From: Vicugna vicugna | Taxonomy: Eukaryota | Length of the DNA: 51,850 nt | Assembly: GCA_013265495.1 (NCBI GenBank) | Contig: MU058198.1 | Coordinates: 4,228,419 to 4,280,268, forward strand | Reading direction: 5' to 3' | Shown: positions 25,701 through 38,100 of the stretch, piece by piece | Layout of the letters: the number at the start of each line of letters is the position of its first letter | Numbering within the stretch: position 1 is the first letter of the stretch | Translations under genes and position numbers: made by a program | Notes under the pieces: generated by a model | Databases searched by the model: none | Seen by the model: the letters and a program-made list of their open reading frames with translations, nothing else | What the model was told of the DNA's origin: nothing

Positions 25701-28700
25701 GAGAAGGCTTAGCTTCAACGCAAATTTGTTTGAACAAAAAGAGAATTCATTAGCTCACCCAAGGGAAAAACCTAGGGTTGGTCTGGTTTCAGCTATGGCA
25801 GAGTACCGGGTCAAGTGATGCCACTAGGACCTGGTTCTCTCTCTGTTTGTTCTCCCTCTCCCTCTCTCTCTGTCTGCCAGCTTTCTTCTGGAGGGTGCCA
25901 TCCCCAACAGGTTCAACATCGTGTCAACAAGATGGCGGACACTTTCATCCTCTCAACTTCCAGCCCAGCATGGGAAGAGCACCTGCCTCCATAGCAGTAT
26001 GCCTAGGAAACACCTCCTGTTTGATGGTGCCCCATGCCTCTCTCTGTGCCAATCACTGTGACTAGAGCAGTCTGATGTGCTAACTGGCTCAGGCCTGGGT
26101 CACACAGTGCCTAAGCTGGAAGGGATGGGGAGCATGGAGCCTCCTCTGAAGCATATGTGATGAGAAATGGGAGGGACTGGACCGTGGAGGAAAACTGGAG
26201 ACCATTACCGGGACAAGGTGGAAAAGATGTGGAGAACACAAATAACAAATACAACAGCCCAATTAATAGTTTCTTTTCAAGGGAATCTAAAGGCATTACT
26301 AAATACACACATGCACACACGTGTACACACATGAACACACACATGTACACAGGATTCTGTTTCATGGGCCCTGGGTAGGGGATCAGCAATAATAATTTTT
26401 ATATATGATCTCCTAAAATAAGTGCTAAATCTTTGAACTAAGAAGAGGGAAGACATCTCCCATTTGCAGTGAGTCCAAAAGATGTAGGATTTAAGATGCA
26501 GAGAGATAACAGGTGTCTGAGCCTCTGAATGATGAAACGTCTGGAGACAACGACCATTCTGTTTTCAAAAGATACCAAAAATGAGCTCTTATATATTCAA
26601 CTAATTCATTAAAAAAATTTCCTTGAGAAATATGTCCAGCACTGTGCCAAACACAGGACACATCAGACAGCTTGTCTTCACCCTCAGGGAGCTTGTAATC
26701 TAGTGCAGTGTTTCCCAAAGTATGAGCAACAAGTCCTCCAGGACCTTTCAGATGTACACAGACTGCATTAAATAACGTCACATTACATGGTGGGAACACC
26801 ATTCCTTTTCCTATTCGCTGTCAATCCTCCTGGCTTCATAAAAGAAAAAGGCACAGTTTGGTACTAATATGCCTTTACCTTCAATGACTAATCTCTGTGT
26901 TCAACAAAAAGAATGCAAGTCTCAAGCTAAGTAACTTCGTAGTCCAGACAACCATAGCCAGAATTTAATTTTTTTTTCATTTTCAGTTTATTTGTATAGT
27001 TCTCTTCTATGTAGAGAATGTGATACTGGTTTTCCATTTAAGGTTGTGAATATATGTATAGTCACTTAAAATTATAGTATTAATATTATATATATATTAA
27101 TATATAATATACTAACTGAATAATATAATTCATATAAGATTAAGAAGAAGTCAATTTAAGGTAAAATATTAAGTAAATAGCAGGTGCAGGGACACAGAGA
27201 AGGCTACAAAGGAAGTACTCAATGAGTGAGTTTTAAGAAATGCTGGTCTAGTGGTCTCTGTGATGAGTGATACTGAGTTCCTAGCATTCAGTAGGAATAC
27301 AGCAGCCCACAAAAAAATGTCTGCTTTTGCATGTCACTTCTGGGACCATTTCTCTACTCGTACCCCTTGGATAACCCTCCCCCAGGTTAGGAAGGAAAGG
27401 GAAGTTTTGGAGCTTTCTTTGCTTTCTTCACCCAAGGAGAGTGACGTCAACATGAAGGAGGTATGGGTAAGACTATGGGCTTTGGAACAAGCGCATCAGT
27501 TAGCTATTTCTGCCTAACAAACCACCCATAAATTTAGTGACTTATGACAACTAGAGTGTATTATTTCTAATGATAGCATGGCTTGACGGGGTGGTTCCTC
27601 CCCTGTACTCTAGATCCATTCATGCAGCTGCATTTCGATGGTGTCTGGGAAGGACTGGAAGTCCAAGATGGCTTTATCCCTAGATTGGAGCTCTGGCAGA
27701 AATGGCTGGAAAGCTAGGACTTCACTCTCTCTATTTGCCTCTCATCATTTAGTGGCCTGGCCCAAGGTTTGGTTTGGTTTTGTTTTTTCACAAGACATCT
27801 GATTCCAAAGGGCAAAAATGAAAGCTGCTAGGCTGTTGAGGGAATGCAGCTGAGGCAGGGCTTAGAGGTAAGTTTACACTATAAAGGTTTATATTAAAAC
27901 AGAAAGACATCAAACTGATAATCTGACATTTTACCAAAAGAACCAGGAAAAGAAGAGAAAACTAAATCAAAAGCAAACAGAAAGAAGGAAACAATAAGAG
28001 ATTGTTATTCAGCAACATATAGACAAGATTATACACCAAGACCAAGTGAGACTGAGTGAGACCTAGGAATGCAAGGTTGGCTAAACATACTAAAAAGTCA
28101 ATCAGTCTAATACACCATATTATAGAATAAAGGGCAAAAACCACATGAACATCTCAATATGTGCAGAAAAAGCAATCTGATAATATCCTACAGGCTTTCG
28201 TGATTAAAAAAAAACGCTTAACAAACTAGAAATATAAAGAAAGCTTCTTAATCTGACAAATGACATCTACAAAAAAAAATCAACCCACAACTAACATTAT
28301 ACTTAGTGGGGAAAGATAGAAAGATTTTCCCCAATATTGGGAACAAGACGAGGATGTCCCCCCTCTCCATTTCTATTCAGCAATTTACTGGAGGTTCTAG
28401 CAAGGCCAACTTGCAAGAAAAATAAGTAAAAGGCATCCAGGTTGAAGAGGAACAAAGCTCTCTCTATTTGCAGATGACGTGATCTTGTATATAGAAACTC
28501 ATATGTAACCCAGAGAAAACTACTACGGCTCATAAATGAATTTAGTACGTTTGCAGAATATGAACAATATAAAAAAACCAATATAAAAGATTAACATTTT
28601 AAAATATTAGCAATGGACAATTTAAAAATGAAATTAAGAAAACAATTCCACTTACAATAGCATCAAAAGAATAAAACAGTAAGTTTAACCAAAGAAGAGC

Positions 28701-29125
28701 CACACGTACACTGAAAACATCATTGGAAGAACTTAAAGAAGGACTAAATAATTGGGAAGACATCATGGATTCATGGATTCAAGGTCTCAATACTAAAATG
28801 GTCATAGTCCCCAAACTGAATTACAGATTCAACACAAAGCCTATCAAAACTCCAGCCTCATACTCCACCTTTCTGGCAGAAACTTTGACAAGCTGATCCT
28901 AAATTCATGTGAAAATGCAAGGGACCCAGAAGAGCAAAAACAATCCTGAAAACGAAGAAAAAAGTCGGAGGGCTTATACTTCCCAACTTCAAAACGTACT
29001 CCAAAGCTACAGTAATCAAGAGAGTGTGACCCTGGCATAAGGATGGATCAATGGAATAGACTCAGATGAGAATCAGAGACTAGAAAGCCAATAGGGGGCA
29101 CTGCAGCCCTCTTACAGACAGTGCG

Positions 29126-29186
<61 letters not shown>

Positions 29187-32100
29187 CCTCTCTCTCTCTC
29201 TCCCTCCCTCCCTCTCTCTCTCTCCCTCCCTCTCTCTCTCTCTCCCTCCCCCTCCTTTCCTCCCTCCCTCTCTCATCTCTCTCTACCTCTGTCTCTATTG
29301 CACTTTGTCCTCTCTGCACATCTCCCTCATCTTCCTTTTTCTCAGCAGAGTGGCAGTGATGGGCACAAAAGCTGAACATGCTACTCAACACCCCCATCCC
29401 CATTCTACACACACACCTCCTTGAGTCACACACCCCGAGTCTCTGGATGGACTCCCAGCTCCAGGTTCCCAGGAGAGAGAAGGTAATTGGCCCAGCTTGG
29501 GCCAGGTGACCAGGTTTAGCTGCTCCAGTTAATTGAGACCAGGGATTTGAGTGATTGTCTTGGCTGCTTAGGGCCCTACTAGGAGGAGGGTTCTCTACTT
29601 TGCTAAGTTAGAGGCAGAGCTGGGGAATAACACAGACCCACTGGTTCTCATCATGGAGCACTTTCTACAACACCTGTCATCCTTCCCCCTGAGGGATGCT
29701 GCATACAGTTGTTCAAGTTGTGCACTGCACAACCCTGGGCAGCATTGTTGGGCGGGGGGCACAATCCACACTTTAGGCATCATAGATCTGCATGTTTGTT
29801 ATGCCAGTTTCTGACAGTTGGAAGTAAAAGAGCCTTTGGGAAGGTGAGTCTTCTTAATTTGGAAAAAAAAAAAGGTGCTAGATAGGTAAGGGATGGCCCT
29901 GCTTTCTCCACTTCTTTTGTCTTGGTCCCTCTGGATTATGGGAAGAACTGAGGGTGGGAAGGAGCTACTCCAGACCTTGGCTCCAAGATCTGACCTGCCT
30001 GTCTCCCCACAGGTGGGGGCATCCTTGTTTGCCAGCAACGTTGGGAGTGGACACTTCGTTGGCTTGGCAGGGTCAGGTGCCGCCGCGGGCCTCTCTGTAG
30101 CTGCTTATGAATTTAATGTAAGTGTTTTACCAGGGCACGGACAGCTCCCCCACTCACCCTCTAATAGGTAGATCCTGGGCGTCAGTTGTGTGACTGCCCT
30201 GCACTTTGGAAAACAGAGGAGTGCTTTCTGAAAACACAAACACAAACATCAAGGGTGCTCTCGGTTCGCAAAATCAGTTTGATCTAGAAGTCTCAGGCCC
30301 CCTCCCTGTGTTTGCTTGATGGGAGCCCATAAGGCCATGACCCCAGCACACATACGTGTGAAGAAGGTTCAGACTCTCCCCCACGTGGGTGCAGAAGATG
30401 GAAGGTATCGTGGGACTGGAGGGTATCTCTGTGTATTATGTATCAATTGACCATCACAAAAATGATGGGATTCAGTGGTTCTTGATCTTTTTGCCACCTC
30501 ATAGATACCCAAGAGATAGGATGCGGTCTCCTGTGCAGCAGGGCTCATTCAGGATATGGTTTTCACGGAGTGGGAGGGGATATGCTTATTAACAGTGATC
30601 TTCATCGTCATGATGACTAACATTTTTAAAGTGCTTGCTCTGTGGCACAGACCACATCCATCATCATATTATGGGACTCAATTACAGACTAGAGCCAGAC
30701 TGCCTGGGTTCACAGCTGGGCCCTAAAACCTACACTCTGTGTGACCTTGGGCAAGTTGTTTAACCTCTCTGAGCCACATGTCTAAAACAAGAATAATGGT
30801 ACCTGCTATATCGAATCATTACGAGCACTAAATGAATGAACGCTTGCAAAGTGGGCAGAGGAATGCCTGGCGTAGAGTAAGTGCTCAGGGAGCACCATCT
30901 CACTGATTTCCTTGCCACAGCCCAGAGGGGCTCTGTGATTCCGATTTCACAGGTGAGAAGAGTGAGTCTCAGAGACCTGTGTAAACTCTTCCAGCATCAC
31001 CAGCTACTCATCAGCGTGGCCCCTCTGACCTCACAGCCTTGTTTTAACCACCGTGCAAGGAGGGGAACCAGGGCAGGGGGAGGGGACAAGGTGTGTGAAA
31101 GGGGGATGCCAGGTTTAGGAGACACTGCACTAGTTCCGCCCTTCCCTGCTTCATCCATGTCTCCCATTTACACGTGGAAATACGAAGGCCCAAGGAGAGG
31201 GAGCGACTCAGTAAGCAGAGATGGAGCCAGAGGCGGAGGCAGGCCAGGCACCGAGGGAAATCCAAATGCGCACCACGATGTCCAGAGTCCGGACTCTGTT
31301 TCCTCCTGCAGGGCTTGTTTTCCGTGCTGATGCTGGCCTGGATCTTCCTCCCGATCTACATCGCTGGTCAGGTGAGTCTGAGGGGGGTCGCGGTGCGATG
31401 GAATAGGAGGACCCTTTAGGAGCGTTAGCCCTGCCTTCCCTCCCTCCCACCAGTGTCCCCTTCTCTGCCCTGGGACATCCCTTACATAGTCCCTAAGAGG
31501 TTCTGCACTGGTGAGGGCTGATGCGTGGTGAGACAATCAGGAACCCTGTCCTTAGCGGTTCCCATCTAGTAATGGACATCGAAGATACACGTGGGGTTTC
31601 CAGGGGCTGGAAGAAACGGGGGCTCAGAATTTTTTTTTCAATGCTAAAACACAAATGTAAAAGCCACAGCCTCTTCTAAATGTTTAAGCAGTAACATATT
31701 ACTGCTTTTAACTAAAAATATATACTTACATATATATTTATGATCCAGTGATTTTTTTTTCTTCCTTTGCACCCAAAACCGTAATGACTGAGTTATTTCT
31801 GGCTGATGTGAAATGGCAACATTTTTGTTACAAAATCATGCTGCTTTAGGCTTTTTGAAAAAAATCATTTCTGATCTTATTAACAGACTTCTGGAATGCA
31901 TGCTGGCTAGACTTACTCTATTTTAGATGTTCTACTGGACAGAACAAGATCATACAATGTCACAGGGTTATTCATCAAGAGATAACTGATTTTTTACTTT
32001 CTATTATGGAAGTTTTTAAAAAAATACACAAAGTAGAAAGAACTACTTAACGACCAGAGAAATCACTTAAAAAATCTCTATGTACCAGAAGTAAGGCAAT

Positions 32101-35100
32101 CGTGGGCAAAGGGCAGTGATGTAGGGAGAAATAATTTTGCTCGGAGATAATACTGAGACTAAAAGCATGAACTTTTGGTGAGTGAAGGGTCTGGGTCTGC
32201 CCAATCCCATCTAGACAAAATATCTTAGGTATAACAACTCTGACTGGGAGTGTGGATCTCTGGGGCAAAGCTTCAGTAAGTATTTCTTGAGCACCTGCTA
32301 TAGGAAGGAGTAAAGGATGGTGCAGATGGAGGTTAGTTCATAGGTAGGGTGGCCAGTCGTTCTCAGCTGATGGTCTCCATTTTCTCTGGGAAGTAGAAGG
32401 TGGTGTCATCCACTGACAGTGAGGAAGGAACTTGTGCGGCTGAAGGTTAAGAGGCATGAAGAGTTGAAATGACTGCTGTCATTGTTTGTAATCGAAAAAC
32501 CTGGGGACACCCACAGTGTCTCTCACTGCAGGGCTGGGCATCCATACTGTGAATATCATGCCGGGAAAAGGGCTGAAACTGACAAAGCTGTGCTGCTGGG
32601 AAAGGACCTCCAAGCTATATTGTTCAATAAAAGGTTTCTGTGGCTTTAGACAGTCTTTGGACAACATCTCATTCAAAGGGGAGATTTAGCCCAGATCAGA
32701 TAATAAATGCCAGAGTGCTGAGAAAAGATAAAAAGTTACCCAATCCATTTTTATTGGGAAATAAACACACAGAAAAGTGGTAAAATGCAAATGAGCAGCT
32801 TAACAAATTACTGAAGAGTGAACACCCAGACCAAGACACAAAACTGAAACACTCTCCCCTACTGCCTTCCTTTATCCTTGACTTTCATCAAACTCACTTC
32901 TTTACTTTTCTTTACAGTTTTAACTATGCATACCTAAGCAGTATGGTAGAATTTTACTGTTTTGGAACAATATATACATGGGATCAGGAGCAACGTACTC
33001 TTCCATTGCGTGTAGCCGGCAGGTTAATTTTCACTGCTATGTAGTATACACGTAGTACAATTGTACCCCCAATATGTTTGTCCGTCCTTTTGTTTATGGG
33101 CATTTGAGTTGTTCCTAGTGTTATGCTATGATGGACAATGCTGTTATGAACATTTTTATACGAGTGTCCTGATGCATGTAAACGTGCATTTATGGGGGAA
33201 ATCCACTTATAGGTGGAATTTCTGGGTCATTGGATGTGTTTATCTGGCTTCAATAGATACTGCCAGGCTTTTTCCCAGAGTAGCTCTATCAGTTTATCCT
33301 CCCACCAACAGTGTGTGCAGATTCCGTTTGCTGCCTTTTTCCACATCCTTGAAGACACCTGGTATTTTCCAACTTTAAAACTCTTGCTAATGTGGTGGGT
33401 GCATATTGATCCATTGGCAATTCTGTTTCTGTACCTTCCTGGCCATTTCGATTTCCTCTTTGGGGAAGTAACATTTACCAACTTTTCAGTTGGGTTACAT
33501 AGTTTCTTCTTATTGATAGAAGTTCCTTATACATTCTGGAAAGAAGCCCTTAGGTTGACTATCTGTGTTGTAGTTATCTTTCTTCCCCTCTTACTCTGTG
33601 GCTTGCTTTTAACTCTCTTAATGGTGTTTTTTGACAAACAGACTTTAGTTTTAATGTAGTCCCATGTATCATCTTCCCTTAATTACTAACTTTAATGTCT
33701 TGCTTAAAAAAATCTTTTCCTACTTCAAGGTAAAGATATTTTCCTATATTACCTTCTAGGACTTTTCACATTTAAGTCAACGATCCACCTAGAATTGGTT
33801 TTTGTCTGCCATATTTTGAGACTAGCATAATGCGAAGATTTCCCATCAAGAAAGTTACAGGCCAATTTTATTTATGAATATGGAAAATGAACTATCCTCC
33901 TAGGGGCCCATACAAGTCTCCATCCACAGTACACTTCTGTCAGTTCATCATTTATTCGTTCATTGAAGAAGCATTTATTGAGCTGGATGCCAGCTGTATT
34001 CCAGGTACTGTCCTAACGACTCCTCATCCTCACCGGGTTCTCTGCTTCCCCAGCCCATCACAATGCTTCCCCTTCCGGCTGGAAACTTCCTTTTCCTTTG
34101 TGGTTCAGTGAACTCTATTCATCTTCCAAATCCTACTCCAAGCAACCATTCCTCCAGGAAGCCCGTTTGGAACTCTCTGAGTAGGTGAAATCTCCTCCTT
34201 CATTGCATTTACATTTGCTTTTGCATTTGCTTGTGTGATTGTTAAATTAATATGCCTCCCTTGTTGCGGAAAATGTGTTACAGCTTGGTGTTATAGCTCA
34301 GTGTTTCAGCTCAGTTGTGACAACAACCTGGATCCAGGGGAGGGAGCTCTCACAGAGTTGGAGAAGTCAGGTTTATTATGTCAGCAGGCCCAGAGGAATT
34401 AACACTCCAAGCTCTGGACCCCATCTGTAGGTTTACACAGGCTTTTATAGGCTGCCAGTTTACACTTTGCAACATCATATGCAAATAGAGTATAACAGAA
34501 GTTGGCCAACCAGGAACAAGCTTTGTAGAAATAGACCAATCAGGAGTGAGAGAAATAACCAATCAGGAGTGAGCTCCATGTAAATGAAGTACTACAAATG
34601 GACCAATCAGAAGTTAGGGAAGTGGACCAATCAGAAGGGAGAGTAATAACCAATCAGGAGTGAAGGAAATAACCAATCAGAAGTGAGCTCAGGGAACCGA
34701 TAGAATTTTAGGGGAAAGTAAGCTATTTCAGAGGCAGAAAGTGAGATAGAGCCTCTGGGCCAGGGAACTGGATGGTGCCGGCAGGAGAGTAGTGGCCCTG
34801 CTTGGGGTTCCTGCCTGTCTTTTTCTGGGGCTTCCCGCCTTACCTCATCAGATTGTGTGCCTCTCCCACTATTCTAGGCTTTCTCAGCATCAGTAGCAGT
34901 AACACTTGGGGCAGGATCATTCTTTGTTGTGTGTGTATATGTATGTGTGAAGGGTGTTCCACACACTGTAGGATGGATGTTTGCAGCATCCTCAATCTCT
35001 ATCCACTAGATGCCAATACCCCCCAGACTGTGGCAGCTGAAATGTCTCCAGACATTGCCAAGTGTTCCCTGGGGAGGTACGGAATCTTCTTCCTTCCACT

Positions 35101-38100
35101 GAGAGCCATTGCACTAGACTATGTGTCTCTCCCCTTAGACTTTAAGCTCCAGGAGGACAAGAACCATCTCTGTTTTCTCCCAGTGTCCGGAATAGTGCCT
35201 GGCACACAGTAGATACTTGAAAATATTTGTTGAAATTCCTTGATAGCAGGGCCCACGATTTCAGAAGGAAGTGAGGTAAGGCATGAGATGACACCCAAAA
35301 AAAGAGGGACTGGAGGTCTTGGTCAAGTCCCAAAGCCAGGGGTCAACAGAGTTAGCAAATGAGAGGGTTGCACTGATAAAAATTTTGGGTATTGTAAATG
35401 AACAGGGTCCTGGAGATGACAAGGTTTGGATGTGGGTCAGAGAAATGGGTTGCTGAAGAGGAAATGCCGTCCCATTGCTGGGGCTGAGCAAACTCAGATA
35501 CTGGGGTTCCGTGTGGGTTCTCCACACTGTCCTTGAGGCTGCTTCCAGACTGGGGGAAAGTCAAGAAAGGGAGGAAGACAGCAAAGGAGCTGAAATTCTC
35601 ATTGCTGGGGCAGGCAGAAGTTGCTATTGCCAGATGGCAGGGGTATCGGAGGAAGGGAGGGGTTTTACATGAGGATGGAGTGTGGCAGTCTGGATGCAAG
35701 TCTAGAGGGAGTAAGCCAGATGCTGAAGTCCCCTGGCCGCTCTCCACCCCCAGGAGAGAGAGCAAGCCGTCTCCAGAGCAAGGAACTAGGGCGGTCCTCT
35801 CCGGGGCAGCTCCCCACCTGCTGCATTTGTTTCCTGTTGGTTCACCCAGCGACGCCCAGATGGTGGTTCCTTTAACAGCCAGTCATTCTCTGTCTCTGTC
35901 AATCTGTCTCTCTCACCCTGGCTTGCTGGCAAATTGCCTTCTTAGCTACTTTAGAACAAACGGCCTGGGCTCTGCCTCCCATCTGTCAGCTAGCTTCACA
36001 TTTCTCCCTGGAGTTTGATTTCTGGATACCACTGCTGCCTGCCTTCTGATGATTTTCATGCCTCTTTGCTTTCTCAGCTCGTTAGAAATTCCACACTGCG
36101 AGTGGAGGCTGTGCTGCTCTCCCCAGATAGAAACGAAGGTCAATTTACTTTTTTAAAAAGGCTGTCAGCTAATGATAGGAATCTAGCTCTCAGGCAAGAC
36201 AAGGAGGTTGTCATTCACAGATGAGACAGGGAATCCATGTGGGGAGCGTCTGCTCAGTCCACGTATCTGAATGGGCTGAAGCTCTGAGGAGTTTTCTCTA
36301 ATTAGCTCTCACAATCACCAAGAGTGTGTCCATTCAGTACGGTTTGGCTGAATCTCTCCGTGTATTATTCCCTGATAAGAGTGTCAGAGTTCAGTACAAT
36401 GTGTATCTGGAAAATCCCTACTGTGTTTGTCTTGCAGCAAATCAGAGGATAGAGGCAAGACATTCACCAGGGTCAGAATCCCAAATTACCCTTTTGAGGA
36501 GACAGGGAGAAGAGAGATGCTTTTTCCTTCCTTCCTTCCTTCCTTCCTTCCTTCCTTCCTTCCTTCCTTCCTTCCTTCCTTCTTTCTTTTTAATTTTAAG
36601 GTGTCCATTCATTCCTAGAGTTCATTTCTTGGCCACTATTTTATCAGAGTTGAAATAACTTTATACCAGACACCCTTATAGTCTTGAGTACCCAGATTCT
36701 ACCACTAACAATTTGCCCTTCTTGAATCAAATCTGGCCATCTAGTCTCTCCCAGTTTCCCCTCCCAGCTTTTTCTGACTTCACAATCTGGCCCCAGGATG
36801 GATGGTTTGCCATTCATCAGCTCATGGTTAGATACCTTTTCATCTCCTCCCTGGTTTAGATTAGAGGACATTCAAACAGCAACCGCCTGGAGGAGGGGCT
36901 GCAAACATTTCTGCAAATAGTGTCGCTACTCTGTCCTTCCCCATCAAAGACCTATGATCTCATGGGAGAACAGTTGTTTGAGGTTCCAGAGTCTAGACAT
37001 GGTATTGTCTCAACCCCAGGTCTGAGGGTATAGTGAGGAGACTGGAAAAGGACATGACATCCACCAAGAAAAGTGCCACCCAAGTAATGGTTCTTACCAG
37101 CATGCCCCAGCCCCTGGGGTGCCCCATATGATAATGACACTTGGCTGTGGACCACCCATCTAGACCACGAGAGAGCTGCTGTAATTCAGTGCCTCCCTGG
37201 TCTCTCTGCCATCTCTGGAGCCTGCACATTGTGCTACTAAAATTCTCTGCTCCTGGTAACTTGGCTAAAGGTTTACAGTAGAGCAATTTCCCTAAAGGTT
37301 AGGACATGGACAAATGGAGGTTCTTGAGATGATTTTAGGTGTTAGACATGGCGCCAACTACACTGAATCAGCTGGTGAAGTTATTTCCTCTTCTATCACC
37401 TTCCAGTTGTTTAATGAGCTCAAAGGGAAGGTCTCCTGCTGGTGCCAGTATGCCTTTAACATCTGTCCAACACCTTTTCCAACAACTTTTTTTTTCTAAG
37501 AAAGAATGAGTAGGCTCTGGGCCCTGGATTTGGGATGTACAACAGGAAATTGCCAGAAAAAAATAGAACGTAAAGTTGTTACTCTATTCATATTTTTGCT
37601 AGTCCCCTTAAGTTTAGGCTGGTTTTCCATTTACAGGGTGATTTAAAGGTTTCTTTTTAGGTAAGTTTATTTAAATATAAATGTGAGTTGGTTTAAAGGA
37701 AAATGCTAAGTAATGAGTAATACAGGAGATGGCAAACATTGGAATGGGGGATACACTTGAGACAGTTGGGTACATACCTCCGCACAGACCCCCAGTTTAT
37801 CCTCACTCCACCCCCTTTGTCCCCATTTTCTCCTCCCCCTTAAGTCTCCCATTGAGAATCCCAAGACCATCTGTACTCCTGGGTTTTGGGGGGAAGAGGG
37901 GAGGGGGAGGGGGAGGAGGAGGAAGGGCTGGTGCCTGACATCAGCTGGGCGGTGACAGCTCAGCTCTGGTCCCCAGGTCACCACGATGCCAGAATACCTG
38001 AGGAAGCGCTTTGGCGGCAGCAGGATCCCTGTCACCCTAGCTGTGCTCTACCTGTTTATCTACATCTTCACCAAGATCTCGGTAAGGTCGGGGCGCAGCT

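Noticed and set aside
29080..29433. ER-repeat and SL-repeat ORFs
   Set aside because: Translation of the (CT)n microsatellite.
34500..34700. Regularly spaced CCAATCAG repeats as a CRISPR-like array
   Set aside because: Mammalian intron, repeats only ~8-12 bp, spacers related to each other, no cas genes; explained as LTR U3 enhancer repeats.
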